Positions 29,501-43,095 of a DNA stretch of 64,000 bases are shown here, piece after piece. The notes under the pieces were generated by a model. That model saw only the letters and a program-made list of their open reading frames with translations, was not told the origin of the DNA and searched no databases. The stretch is taken from contig NC_134026.1 in the NCBI RefSeq assembly GCF_964204645.1, forward strand, positions 30,600,150 to 30,664,149, in the 5' to 3' direction. Each line of letters starts with the position of its first letter. Within the stretch, counting starts at the first letter, position 1. The stretch comes from Tubulanus polymorphus. Taxonomy: Eukaryota; Animalia; Nemertea. A program made the position numbers and the translations under genes.

Positions 29501-32500
29501 CGAGTTCATATAAGTCTGTAATATAATTACACGGTCAAGTTTATGGTCAAGAGATCATTGATAACTACATCGACACCATTCATAAAGCGGTTCTCTCCGT
29601 ACAACACGTCACTCGCATTAAACCAATCCATGAAGACAAAATCAGTTGTTCTCAATGTCGGGTAATGTTTGCTAATAATATCCGTAGTGATAATGATTTT
29701 GTTTTTCTATGTTGTATGAACGCGAGGATAATAAAACCATGTATGATCAGACGTTTACTCAACAAATGCAATCATCCTGTAATCTGGTAATCGGGATGCG
29801 TCGCCACCAGTAATAATCACGTTTATATCAACTTTGAATTTATGACATTATTAATTTCTACAGCGAACATGTGCCCTTTATGATACACATTAAATTTTCA
29901 GATTGATACACGGGTGTATCCAGTTGAGATAGGACACTCGGTTACAGATTGATACACAAGTGTATCCAGTTGATATAGGACACTCGGTTTCAGTTTGATA
30001 CACGGGTTTAGACCCCCAATAATGCTGCCCAAACCACCCCTGCGATGGGTGTATTTTTGGTAGTGTGTTGTCATGTATTGTGGTACAGAGGGTTAAAACC
30101 AATTTACACCTATATTGAATGCTCACATGTAGATGTCTCTAAAAGAAAGTGTGAATTATTTGTAGGGACCGGTTTATGCGATCCAGTGGTCACCGCTTGT
30201 GAATGATGCTTTCCTAAGCTGCAGCGCTGATTGGTCGATCAGACTATGGAAACAGGATCGAACTAAACCAATTCTATCATTCCATTCATCAACGGTAAGT
30301 TCCAGAAATACTCATTGAAAATGTACACATAGCAGAACTTTATACATGAACTTCAGGGCGCCAGAAAATCTGTTATAACCGAGAGTTCGTCGAAATTAAT
30401 TCATCAAAATCTTAAATCTGGGTTGAAATTTTAAGTTTGTTTTTATCCAATAAATCATTATATCCGAGTTTGTTATGAGTTTCCGCTGTAATTTAATATC
30501 TCTCGCTGAATAATCATTGTTATGGATTTTTTCAGAAATCGACAAACAGCGTTTGCTGGTCACCGAACATATCGACTGTATTCTCCTGCGTTAATGAAAA
30601 ATCTGTCGAAATCTGGGACCTGAATCAAAATACGTAAGCGCGTTTATAACATTACTGATACGCATATTTACACTGAGATTCATGTTGTTGACAATCTGAA
30701 GAAAAGACATTTCGAATACGCGATAAAATATTACATTTAACGAAGATTCCACGATGTCAAAACGAAGACAAATTAAGATTGATATCGTTCTTTATAGCGT
30801 TGGTTTTTTACCTCAAAAGAAAATGTCATTTAAATGCAAATACAGTAAATAGTGTATAGAGAGAGAGGAGAGAGAGAGAAGAGAGAGAGATGAGATGAGT
30901 GGGAGAAAGAGGAGATGACATGTCGGTGTGAAATATGGCAGCGTTTTACTGGTGCGTCGGCTAATTGCCTAGTAATAAATCAACACCTCATCTGACACCA
31001 GGATTTCTCATCAAAATCACCTCTTCTATTAACGCTGCCTTAAACACGAAAAACTTCCCCTGTAACGAGTGTTACAGACCAGTATTCTCAACAACAGGTT
31101 TTATAGATGAGCGGCCACACCTTTCACTGTTACATTCAACCCTCTGTTCAAATATCTGCAGCCCCTCTATATCATTCAGGTTGATAGAACGATAACCACA
31201 CTCAAACGTGGTGAACGGATAATAAGATAAAATCCCACTATTTACAGATTAAAAGAATTTATAAACCAGAATTTATTTATTCAATCAAAAATATATAAAA
31301 GACTCGACGTTTCGATCTCACCTGACGATGATCTCTAGGGTGAGATCGAAACGTCGTGTCCTTTATATATTTTTGATTGAATAAATAAATTCTGGTTTTT
31401 AAATTCTTTTAATCTGTAAATAGTGGGATTTTATCTTATTATTCAGGTTGATATCGATTCGCAAATTAATGTGTTCATAATATGAAAAATAGTGGATTGC
31501 TTAATTTTTTATATTGCAAATTTATAGAATGAATGCAGCCCCTTGAAATCCTGAGAAAACTGATAAAATCTCATCGGGTAGAAGTGATTTTTATATTGTA
31601 GATATTTGGATCTCGTGCGTCTTGTCAATTTAGGCATAAGATACAGTTTGATACATGAATAAAACTGCTTTTTCCATTATTAATCATGGATAATTTCATG
31701 CAGTCAGATTTAATACGAGTCTCGAGGGATGAATTCAGTTGTTTATGTTTGATTATCGTTACAGTAGAAATGGACATTTAATGTCTGTAATTCACAAGCT
31801 GTGATTTCACTGATTGCTAGATGACGTTCGATCACGTTTTGGTCTTAAGAATTAGAATCTTTTGACCTCATTCGATGCTTACAGTTTTCACTGTACCAAC
31901 AAATTACATCAAAATAGTCCTGGGCCCAGTTGCACAGTCAACCAGTCTAAGACTATAGATAGTAACAACCTGAGATCAGTCTAAAGAATAAAGACCTTTT
32001 CTTCAGTTTAAATCGAGACTGTGCACTCGGGTCGTGATGTTTAATTACTGATAGAAGTTTAAATTTATAAGATAGAAATGATTGATTCGAAGAGGAAAAA
32101 ATATTCGTAATTTATATTTTTAGATTGGATCCAATTATCCAGACTCAACCAGTGTCAGGAGCTAAACTTTCTTGTGTGACATTCGCTAGAAACACTGATG
32201 TAAGTATCTTACTATTTCTATTTGATGTGTCCTAACCCTTCAGTGATGCAGCTGCTGGTGCTGGTACTTCTGGTGCTGGTGCTGGTGCTGGTACTGGTAC
32301 TGGTGCTGGTACTTCTGGTACTGGTACGTCTTGTGCTGGTGCTGGTGCTGGTGCTGGTGCTGGTGCTGGTGCTGGTGCTGGTGCTGGTGCTGGTGCTGGT
32401 GCTGGTGCTGGTGCTGGTGCTGGTGCTGGTGCTGGTGCTGGTACTGGTAGTGATGGTGGTGCTGGTGCTGGTGCACTCTTAAGAGAAGTCTATAACAATT

Positions 32501-34050
32501 TTTATGAAAATGAATTTTTTGTTTTTTGAATGATCAGTTCAGAGCTGGTTTTATCATCTCTGTGGCTTCAATGAATATATAAACGTTTAAATGAATAAAT
32601 GTCACAGAGCGCGAGGAAGAGAGAGGAAGAGAGAAAGAGAGAGGGAAGATGCTGCGAGGTTTATCTCACTGTTCCCTGTTCAATATAGATGGTATTTGAC
32701 AGTGTGGATGAGTATTAGAACTTTGACATTAAATCATAATAATTGATTCAGACACAACGCAACAAAATAAAACATTTGTAAGCTATCGATCAGGCCCTGT
32801 AGCCAGGATTTTCCAAGCCGAGCTAAAAGGGGAATTTCATGCGTGGCTAAAATAGAAAATGGCAAATAGTAAATTGCATAGTTTGTGAGTTAGAGCTGCT
32901 TTGTGGACAACCTCTTCAACAATCAGCCTTTATCTAAAATATGCTGCTTTCTGAAGTTAATTTTGTACGGATGAATCTTAAAAAAAAGCGCTTAAAAATG
33001 TTCGAACGCTATGAGCGTGTTGATGGTTGTATTGTGTTGTTTGGCTAGTGTTCTGAATGAAGGTGACACTCTGAAACACTATTCCCTGTAGTTCACAATC
33101 ATCACAGATATAAACTGTCTGTTTATGTTTCCTTTTCTCTGTATCACATCCTACGTTTATATCTGTTTATGGAACCGATTGGGGAAACTGAAAATTTTTA
33201 TCCCGTTCAATGTTTGCCCATGAATAAATTTCCATTTCTAAAGTCAATAACGCGAGGTGTTGAATCGCTTTCGTTGTTTGAGATGTTTGTTTTTTTGCTA
33301 CTGGTTCTCATCAAACTCACCTTGCGTCTCGTGTGACGTAGAACTGCTGTAAATCTACATCACGTATTATCAATCCACCCATGATACTATATCAGCAATC
33401 GTTTTGACATCAAATCATTAAATATAGACATATCATAGAAACCAACCTTCTTTCAAATTGTGATGATCCCGTTGAGTAGATCGCGGATTCACAAAAAAGT
33501 TTTTTTTTGGTGTACTTGCTAATAGCAAAAATACATAAAAGATGCTCTTTATGTAATTTTGCTAATAATCATTTCACATTGTCAATGAGGATAGCAATTC
33601 AAACTCTAAACGTTGTAAACTTAAACTGTATCATGAAACTGCTCGGTCCCCAGAAGATGGATAGCTGTTTAATCCACCTGAAACGTCAGTGTGACAGATT
33701 TTTTGGTTGTTAATCGTCAATATTGTCAGCTTTTTTATATCGTTAAGGCTTTGTTTGTGCAGTTGTTGACTGGATGTATTTCTGTAACTGGCGGAAACCT
33801 TATCCATTCAGGAAATATTCATAACCAGCAACATGACATTTATTTTGTTCGCTGTTTTCTTAGAACTGAGATCCTCACTGATCCTAATCGTAGCCAAATA
33901 GAAACCCTTGGAAATTCTGTCACGCCCTAAACACAAATAGCAATCATTATGTTTTTGTTTCTTATTTTTTAGTGCGTACTTGTTGGTGATAGCGAGGGAC
34001 AGGTGACGGTTTATCAGTTGAAATGTATGCCAGATCCACCGGTCGCCGGG
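20502..34050 (+). CDS. DNAI4: Dynein axonemal intermediate chain 4 (WD-repeat protein 78); terminal exon not located
   Basis: In-frame exons 20502-20524, 20689-20878, 20967-21077, 21273-21349, 21693-21972, 22333-22440, 22523-22595, 22900-23064, 24122-24237, 24531-24633, 25915-26069, 26154-26240, 26699-26776, 26859-26932, 27148-27302, 27565-27697, 27861-27948, 30166-30294, 30536-30633, 32124-32199, 33973-34050. Motifs LSETETIWLLDMP, MERVVNMNTYQPKQASYR, TKGRNVSCIAWN, DLLAVGYGQF, CCWSLKNPE, YLTGTEEGQIHRCSCSYNEQYL, FLSCSADWS, LVGDSEGQVTVYQL. Confidence 0.95.
23641..23840. repeat. 33-bp minisatellite x6 with alternating variants
   Basis: atagcatgttagcctcataggttgtggaatttc alternates with atagcatgtaagctccacaggttgtggaatttc. 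Confidence 0.9.
24804..24943. mobile_element. PIF/Harbinger-like MITE identical to 11404-11543
   Basis: Base-for-base identical by eye; CAG on both sides (CWG-type TSD). Confidence 0.8.
26435..26632. mobile_element. Penelope-like fold-back element with degenerate hammerhead motif
   Basis: Inverted arms of ~82 bp centred near 26553, a 35-nt one-sided extension, and ACCTCATAGTGTT duplicated at 26422-26434 and 26633-26645. Confidence 0.7.
31187..31440. mobile_element. Penelope-like fold-back element carrying a minimal hammerhead ribozyme
   Basis: Inverted arms of ~100 bp (31220-31440), a 33-nt one-sided extension, and ATTCAGGTTGATA duplicated at 31174-31186 and 31441-31453. Confidence 0.8.
31319..31358 (+). 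ncRNA. Minimal type I hammerhead ribozyme motif (Penelope-type)
   Basis: CAC-CTGACGA-T-GATCTC(tagggt)GAGATC-GAAA-CG-TC^-GTG: intact core, 6-bp stem II, palindromic ACGU stem III, CAC/GTG stem I. Predicted cleavage after 31355. Confidence 0.75.
32250..32474. repeat. (GGTGCT)n hexanucleotide microsatellite in a DNAI4 intron
   Basis: Visible directly; it produces the spurious LV and HQ ORFs. Confidence 0.95.
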
Positions 34051-34267
34051 GTATGTATTCATTATGGTCGGATCTAGGAATATTGTTAGACTGGGGTCCA
34101 AAACAAAAAGGATGGGTATTTCCTGTGTAAAGCTGCCATACCGCAGGCACCAATTCTTAAGTCCATCGGAAAATTTCGGAAAGGATGAGTGTCAATTTTT
34201 AACAATCTATGTTTCGACAAAATGGCAACTTCAGTGAGTATAGCAGCTGATCCAGATGCTACCCTTA

Positions 34268-34488
34268 GGCTAAAAAAAATTGATACCTTGTTTCTCCACT
34301 CTGCTGAGCTTAAATGTTGACCCGGCCGGTCGCCTATCAACCCTATACATTACTTTTTTATGAAATTGTGATCAATTTTACCATAACAGACCCGGCCGCT
34401 AAAGAAATGAACTGTTTACAAATTTTATCATATTTTACAAAAATGACCCGGCCGCTGCGGAGAAACAAGGTATCATTTTTGTTTAGCC
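34268..34488. mobile_element. PIF/Harbinger (Tourist-like) MITE
   Basis: TIRs of ~30 bp (ggctaaaaaaaattgataccttgtttctcc / ggagaaacaaggtatcatttttgtttagcc), TTA TSD on both sides, three internal gacccggccg motifs. Confidence 0.85.
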
Positions 34489-35229
34489 TTAGATCAGCCC
34501 GACTGCTGACAGTATATCTATAGTATATGAGTCTTTGCTCGATACAAAAAAATTGGAAAATTTCTACCTCGGAACCGAACTAGCAATACCCGGTTTTACA
34601 TTGATGGTAATTCTGGGAAAGTTGAAATATCCTTGAAATTCACTTCACGTCAAAGTGAAGTCTTGTTTGTTTTTAACTTACGTATGAATAATCTATGAAA
34701 AATTCACTGATTTTTCATCGATTTTCAGTGACACGTTTTTAACAGAAGTACTCTCTACATTCTAATAGTTATTGATTTTTGAGCTTTTAAAAAACTCTTC
34801 ACTTGACGTAAAGAATGAAACGATAATTCTAGGATTACTGAGCCATGATCTTTGCATTTGATTCTGTGCGCTTTCAATTCATGTTTTCGAGCTCTAAACA
34901 AACTGTCCATTTTTGCGGACGACTGGTTTCCTGTTGTCCACTTAATTGGACATTCATGAATTGTATTGTGGTTTCCTATCTATCCGTCTGTCCACTATAA
35001 ATCTAACTAGCCATGAATTTCGCACAAATTGACTTTGCTCATCCAACGGCTTCTTGACATGTGCAACACCGTGGTTATTAATGTCAAACGAACGCTTGGC
35101 TGCGCATCGAGACAAACTCAACAAACTCTCATCTATCATACACAGATTCATATAATAATATTCAGATGAATAATGACAAGATTTGCTTCCATCACCATCT
35201 GTATACATAATACAAGAATACACTATACT

Positions 35230-35585
35230 GCGATCTACTTTATATTGATCACTCTAAACGGATCTACAGTAAAGTGATCTGCAGCGATCTACTGCAATCT
35301 GATCTGCAGCGATCCACTGCAATTTGATCTGCAGCGATCTACTGCAATCTGAACTACTTTAAACTGATCTACTGCAATCTGAACTACTTTAAACTGATCT
35401 ACTTTATGCTAATCTACTTTATGCTGATCTACTGTGAACTGATCTACTTTATGCCGATCTACTGCAATCTGATCTAATTTATGCTGATCTACTGTGAACT
35501 GATCTACTTTATGCCGATCTACTGCAATCTGATCTAATTTACGCTGATCTACTGTGATCTGATCTACTGCATAAATTGATCTATC
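35230..35585. repeat. ~15-bp minisatellite (ctgatctactgcaat / ctgatctactttatg)
   Basis: More than 20 imperfect tandem units. Confidence 0.9.
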
Positions 35586-37984
35586 ATATGATCATAAATT
35601 GCAAAATTCTCTATTCTTATCATACATCATGTGAATGTGCGCATCTTTCTGCCCGATATATCACGAGATAGTCATCATGGAATTATTCATTTGCAGTGAC
35701 TTTTTTCAGTCGTCGATAGAGGAAGGCGACGTCTTCTTATCAGTTACTGGTCATCAACAAATATATATTAGTTTCATTACGATACGGTTATCAGATGAGG
35801 CCCTGCATGGATGCAGTTTCTGCACCATCTTAATCTATTCTCTGAAACTGGGAATATGGTTCATCGATGTAATGATGTATTTTTCTACGCGAGATGCTGA
35901 TTGCTATTTTGTGGTGGTTTTATGTATTTTTCATTAGGAATGCTGATATTTTCATTACTGTTTTCATCTAATGGTTACTCGATAGTTTTGCCTCGTGTTG
36001 GTCTATCTATAAAATGAATTCCTCAAGATAGAATAATATCCTCCTCGGTACAATAATACACCTCCTCACGACTGTCATGCATGTAAATAAGTCTGGGTTT
36101 TATTGGTCGTTGCAGTGATTGCCATTCTGACCAATAATCTAACTGCCTCTTAAAACATGTTAGGACGATGGTGGCTAAATTCCTGAGAAGGTCGCACGGA
36201 TATTCAGCAGCTCGCCGACAAGCGAGACAATTTCTATCTGGGTACGGGTGCTCAAAATGCGGTTAAAGATAACCGTCTCACAGTTTTCGGCTAGTCTTCA
36301 GTTAGTAGATCATTTCTATTCTCAGAATCGATTCTTAACTGACAATTCACAACTGAGTCCTGGATCCAGTTCCACAGTCAAATCGGTGAAATTCGACTCT
36401 AGATTTAAAGCGCAGTATACACTTTCAATGAGTTAACTCTGAAGTCAAGTTTAACAACAACAAAAAACTGCAGTCCTGGACTCAGGAGTCAGGTCCATTA
36501 ATTCTCGGTTTACTGAAATCCCCTTTGTGGCATGTGGCTCATTTTTCAGAAAAAAAATGGGGAATGCTTCTGACCTTTCAAATCTTCAAAGGGAATATCC
36601 TTTTCTTACGGGCCTTTTGTATACATAGCAAGTAACGCTCGCTACTTACTGTTTCCGGATATAATTCATGCTCTTGATGAATAGTTATTCGTGTAAGCGC
36701 ATTTTATCAGTTTTATCCTATTAGATGTTCGTACATACATAATACATCTCATTTTGGTGTTTCGTCTATCAATCCTTCAAATAAAGACGAAATCTGCTCA
36801 AACGATCGCCGCTAATACGGTTAGGTTTAAAAGCACTTGGAGCACCAAAAAAGTCGGATGGATCCGTCGCTGGAGCGCTAATGAATAATACAACAACTTG
36901 ATATTTTATTCCCCTCGGAGAAAATATTATATTCATCAATTCCAGTGCAGTAATAAACATATCGGTGTGTTTGGCATGCGTTTGTGTGCGGTGAGGATCT
37001 TTGAACGAGTCTTCATTACATGCGAGTCATGTCTATTGCCTTTGGGAGAAATTACAACAGATTTCGATGAGGAAGTATAATTCTTGTATCGCGTTGTCAG
37101 CCGATATCGTCTGAAACTTGGTTAGGGAATAACTACAGTTGTCGTTCAAGTGACGCTTCACACGGAAATTCAACTTATTACTAAAAAAAGATGAATTGAA
37201 ATTCAATATGTTTCGTCACATGTGTTTGTTCATCCGCTGTCACAGTCAATTTCTCATTCTTAATTGCGAATGCTTTTAGTTTTATATCACTAAAGCTTCA
37301 CATCCTTAGCGATGTAGACAATCAATGTCCTTAGCAACAATTTCCATTATTCCCTACTCAAAACATATTAGATGGTTTGAAGAAGAAAACCACTATGTGA
37401 AGCAAAAACTAAGAGAGTAGTGACGTTTAAACTCATGAGCCATTTTCAAAATAGCTCCTTGTCAAATATTCCCTTAATTGGTTCTGCAATTGAATTATGG
37501 ACAATCATTTGTCTGTTGAAAGCGGATATCAGTTGGATACCGTAGTTACCGAGTGAAATGGAATTTCTTCTTCATCATGTGTTTTTTTATAAACAGTAAT
37601 CTATGATCATAAAACAGACTATATATATATATATATAGTCGGTGAGCGATGGTGAGATGATATTTATATTGGGTATTCCTTCTCCTGCTGGTTAACTCGA
37701 GTGGAAACGCAAATATCACAATCATTGTCCACTAACACGACTTGTCATATGCCTTGTCAGTATTCTATCTGTAGTCTCTCCGTACAGTTCAAGAAATTGC
37801 GGCATCGACCGCAAGAACACAAATAGATCTGAAGATTTTCTGACTGGTTCGATAGAACACCATTTTATATCTGTATGGATAGAGATGACGTATACTGTTA
37901 TTACGTAATATTAACAATGAAATAACAGTGATGTTTCTTTTGAGCTAGGTTGGAGTAATCATTAGTCAAATGATCACTCCAAGG

Positions 37985-38105
37985 AGCTAGTAGTTTATTC
38001 AACGTTTCGACTATGTCCAAGTAGCCACCTTCAGGATGACTATATTTCGAATATGACTACAATGTATTAGGACATAGTGGAAACGTTAGATAAACTATTA
38101 GCTCG
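37985..38105. mobile_element. Penelope-like fold-back remnant with hammerhead-like motif on the - strand
   Basis: Arms agctagtagtttattcaacgtttcgactatgtcc / ggacatagtggaaacgttagataaactattagct. The minus strand reads CTGAAGG-T-GGCTA...TAGTC-GAAACGTT. Confidence 0.6.
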
Positions 38106-41100
38106 AGGAAATGTAGTTTCACGATTTTTGTAGTTTAGATCTGATAACACAGGAATATTCCATCCTATTCCATCATATGATAATTCAATTTCATTTATCC
38201 AATTTCCTCGCTATCGTTGTCTTTCCTGGAAATAAAAGTTTCCTTGAATTGAGCTTGGTGTGGCTCACTTAGCCAAATTTGGAAAATAAAGAAAGTCAAT
38301 AGAAGAAATTCTGCAGAGTTTGTGTCGTTGACGCAGTTCATTTACTCTATGTTTATTTTGCTGTTTTCCAGGGCGATGCTTTAGAGAAAGTAATTCAGAG
38401 TTCTTTAGCCAGCCAATTACAAAGTTCTGAACGTGAAGATACGCAAGGTTAAATAAATATACGACTGAATCGATAATATTGATTGACTGATTGATTGGTG
38501 TTGGCGGAGTCGTTTCTGATCGAACATTTTGAAAAATCTGCAGCTCAAAAGACACACAAACTACGATAAACACTGTGAGCAGACGATATGAGCTACCCGG
38601 CATTCCTTACGCTTTATCAACTGTAATTAACTAATATCAATTTTCAATATTGCTGACCGAGAGTTAATGATTTCATACTTAGTGATATTGAACAGATATT
38701 TTGATGATTTATAGCGATCATTCAGTAGCCTTTCTGTGAACTCTTTAAGAGAGACAGTGATAGTAGTCGCTATAGTTTACTGGTTTACTCGTAGACGCGT
38801 AATGAATATTGACGAGTTCCATTAAGTAGATGAATTGAAGTCCTATTTGGCCGCGGTTAATTCTGGAATTCCGTAATTGTATTACATTAAAACATCTCTT
38901 GTGGTCTGAAGACCATTAATCACCGATCCGTCCACGATAGTTTCATAAATTATATTCTTTACAATTATTTATGTATGTTCACATTTTTGTATCTAAGACG
39001 CGACGTTGTTGAAAAGTCTTGTCGTTTTGAATTGGAAAGATTTAAATAAAACTGTTCTTCAGCAGTTGTTGTTATTGTAATTTTGTCGTCATCTTTTCAA
39101 CCATTCATTATTTCTCGTTACGGATGCGTGGTTTCAGTCACACGTCAGTCGGCAAGCGTAGAATGGTTCCCTAGTAAGCTAGGGTGTGTAAGCCGAGCTA
39201 ATTCACGGATATGGCCTACGGTCTCGTACACCAGTCCAATGAATTAGCTAATTCACGGGTATGGCCTCAGGTCTCGGGCGCCAGTTAGGTGGGCGAGCTA
39301 ATCACGGAACCTCGCGATATTGGCCGAGCTAACTGAAATAAAACAATATCGGTCAAGGCATGCACGTCTACGGCCAGTATGACGCGCTGTATTATCAATA
39401 CGTGCGATGTGGTCGGGTTAAGTGATGACTCGATCCGATGCCGGAGAGGCAACACACAGCAAAACGCGGAACGAAGACAAATTACTCGGCAACTAATTAA
39501 ATAAAACTAAATGCGTCAAACCCAACGGGTTCCTAAAGGCACCCGCAAGAGACAGCGTATCATTGGTGTAAAAGTTGAATTATCGAAGAGGCGCTCGTCG
39601 AACTGGAGCAATGAGTGGGAACTGAGTCTCAGGGTAACTCGGGCTGCTGCTGCTGCTGCCGCTGCTGCCGCTGCTGCTGCTATATCGACTACGATTTATT
39701 TTTCTAATTCACGATTTAATGTCCCTTAATCACTGGGGAGTGATTTTAATTAAAATGTGCCTCGTCAATTAAATTGTGTTTCACGCATGGAAATCAGTAT
39801 CAGCCCCACTAGCACCACCCAGGTTCTAAGCAATTCTTCATTACAATATTCGCTGTAAAGCCTAATCATTTATCCTAGTGACATTTATACTGTGAATTAT
39901 TGATGAAAATAGTATCGGGTCCAATTTTCGACTAATAGATTACTTTGCGTGAAATCATTGAATAAAATACATAGTAATAGATGATAAGTTTAAAACCCAC
40001 AGAATTTAGAATGTATGTAATGGGCCCTTATTCACTATGTATATACTTCCTCTCATGGACCGCTATCCTGACTTCAAATTGACCTTTATCCCGTTCATCT
40101 GAGATTCTTATATATGATTTACTTAACACGAATATCGATGATTCTCGGCAGGAATAATCTCGATCTGGCCCGATACCGGAATTTCAGTTTAAGCGGACAC
40201 ACGGTGCGCGGTCTCATCTTCAAGGTTATTCGACGTCATGTCTGGGGTGAACTTGAGTGGCAATTGATTTAGTGAATTCTGTGTATTGATTCTCGATTTA
40301 CCATCTACATCCATTTCCCTCTTGTCATGAAAATTTATCCTAGATTGAATACACACGGCATTCATAGTAACAGAGTCCGACTTCAGGCGGTGTGCTCGCT
40401 CGTGATGACGCTGAGGATGGATCCCAGGATGACTTATACGACTTCTAAAATCCCTCAAAATCCTGCACCCTATAACTATCCCAGTAAAGATGATAAAGAA
40501 ATTCGATAGCTGGCAATGTGTAGCTTTTGTCAGCAGAAAAGTAATGAAGACACAAAATTAACTCAAAAGGGGCTTTTTTCAGAAGAAAGGCAGATATCAA
40601 TGCCGTTTTGTGCCCTTTTTAGTGCAAAGTATCTCTAATCCGCAATTAGCCTATATTATAGACAGTATCTAGAAGAGTTAGAATAAAGTCAAAACGTCGA
40701 ATGAACTAGTTCAAGGAAACCTTGCGATGGAAACCTTTCGGGCAGTATTAATCATTCAATCAATTTTCTTTTCCTGTTACCTGGTCACGAGTCCTTCTTA
40801 AATACGTTCTAGGAAATCGTAATAGGTTCGTTCAGTAGTAGAATATGGATAGGCGTGAGGCATGATGAGGGTAAGCGACAGTTTTTGTGGATCTCGCAGG
40901 ATTTTGCAAGATTTCAAGCTTCCGGAGATCGATCGATTTAGGGCTGACAGACGACATATTCTTAAGATGCGAATCCGCCAATTATTCACGGCTATGTAAA
41001 TATAGAGACTAGTGGTCACACATCGCGAATTTTGATAAATCCACTATTTACACACACACACATATGGTTAACCGTGTACCAGTATCTGAACTCTTCTTCA

Positions 41101-43095
41101 ACGCGACACGCATCTAATTAAGTTACATTGATTGATTAATGCCAGCTTATACAAGCGACTGATGCCGAGAATGTGGTAGACTTTTTAGTTCAGCATTGAC
41201 ATCAATAAACACAGAGCAAGAAAAGGAAAATTGAATCTCATTTCTGTGTGAGATCGATAAAAGACGATGGGTTTAAGGAAAGTGATTGATATCTGATAAG
41301 AATGTGAAATATTCTATGGAAATGTGGATTTTATCAGTCTACCGTTATTCAATAAAATCTACCGTTCACATAAAACCATTATAAATGAATATTTATTTAC
41401 ATTCGGTTGAACTGTTAAAAACAGGATCATCGTGTGGTCCTTTCCACTACAGGAAACATGCGCGTCACCAGGCGGAGTTGGTCGTTCCACTTATTATTTG
41501 AGGTCACAATTTTCAAATTCACTTTCATTGGGATTCGAACCTAAAAGAACAGCCACACAGTGTTATGCGCATCTGAGACACTTTTCCTTCAAAATTTCGC
41601 TATCTAAATGTACTATATTCCACATTTCATTTACAGCGACTAATAATTAGTCTAAATTAAAGATGGGTGGTATTTCTATCACTTATATTCATAATGCATA
41701 TTTAATGTATATACATGTTATTCTGTGAATCACTTCTTGTTTGGATGCATTTGAAATATCTGGTCCACGAACAAGAATTTTTCTTCATCTCAGAAGCATT
41801 ACACTCACAGCAAATAAAGAATTCGTCGTACTCAATCATCTTACGGAGTCCATTACGGAATTTGAGGGTCGCATTCAGGCAGACCGTTCAGCCTTAAAAT
41901 CAAATCATACATATTTAGAAATGACTCGAGTTACTGCAGGAGTCACGTTCACACCTAAGAGTAATCATCAAATTCACACCACGTTATTCACGTTCTTTGT
42001 TTGGTCCATTCCAATTTAGACCGAACCAAGCCCTCACATTAGCGATCAAAGTCCGTTCAACATCGGTCCGTAGCAGAGAATTGACCATTTCCCCAATGAC
42101 CGATGCTTGACTGTTTAAAATTTCAGAACCGTTCTAGAATAGGTCCATCCCAGGCACGGACCAAATTAGAACGGACCACTGATGGCGTGAACGCAGTTGA
42201 GTTGGTGTAAATCGCTGAAATGAAAAAAGGCCCAGAAGCTTGATACGTACTAGCAATTTGATTCGCTGTGGGTTATTGATTGTTATTGAAGTCATATATT
42301 GAGAGATATTTTCGTATTCGCGATGAGTATGATTGGTATTGACTGGAACTGTGTGGGATCATTAGATAAACCTTTGTGCCCGGGGAAAATGGGATAAATG
42401 ACCAAATTATGGCCAGCGACCCACAAATAATCCACGGCTCGACTACATCAATTTGCGCAACAGAACGACATAATGAGCGTCACGCGTGACAAGCAAGCAA
42501 AACACGAGTACAAAACAAACTACCTCATTCTATCGTCATTTAAGGTGACTGAAAGACGCAATGGCTGAATTTACTGTTACGAAACATCCATATCCATACA
42601 TATATCTATCATAGAAAAGTCACGAATGTACTTTTTTTTCTGGGTATGAGATTATGTCTATAAATTGCAAACTAAATGGATGGTCGTCTAGCCGGTTCGG
42701 AGAGATCTGTGAGAAAACAGAAATCAGTGCTCTAATCAAATATACTCGTCAGAGATCGTCGTCCATCATTATTTTTTCGTTATTGATAAGAGAAAGTGAA
42801 GGAATAAGATGATTTGCCGGGGTTGGGCGGGGGGGGGGGGGCTGGAGTTATTTTGCCGGCTCTATTTCCGTGACATTCGTCATCGTCACCGAGAGATTAA
42901 AGTCGATCAGTACAGACACCGCAGCCTGCAATTGTTTTATTGACATTTGAGGCAACACTATTACGCGTATACCACAAACAGCTTGGTTATAGGATATTGA
43001 ACTTAGAAAAAAATTTTTCTATTTGACGAATATTAATGAAATATGTCGCTTCCTTATCCGCATTAATACATCAATGAACCATGTGACGAAGTATT

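Noticed and set aside
29549-29570. gagatcattg resembling the bantam miRNA seed
   Set aside because: The rest of the mature sequence and a pre-miRNA hairpin are missing.
32222-32482. Poly-LV and poly-HQ ORFs
   Set aside because: Translation of an intronic (GGTGCT)n repeat.
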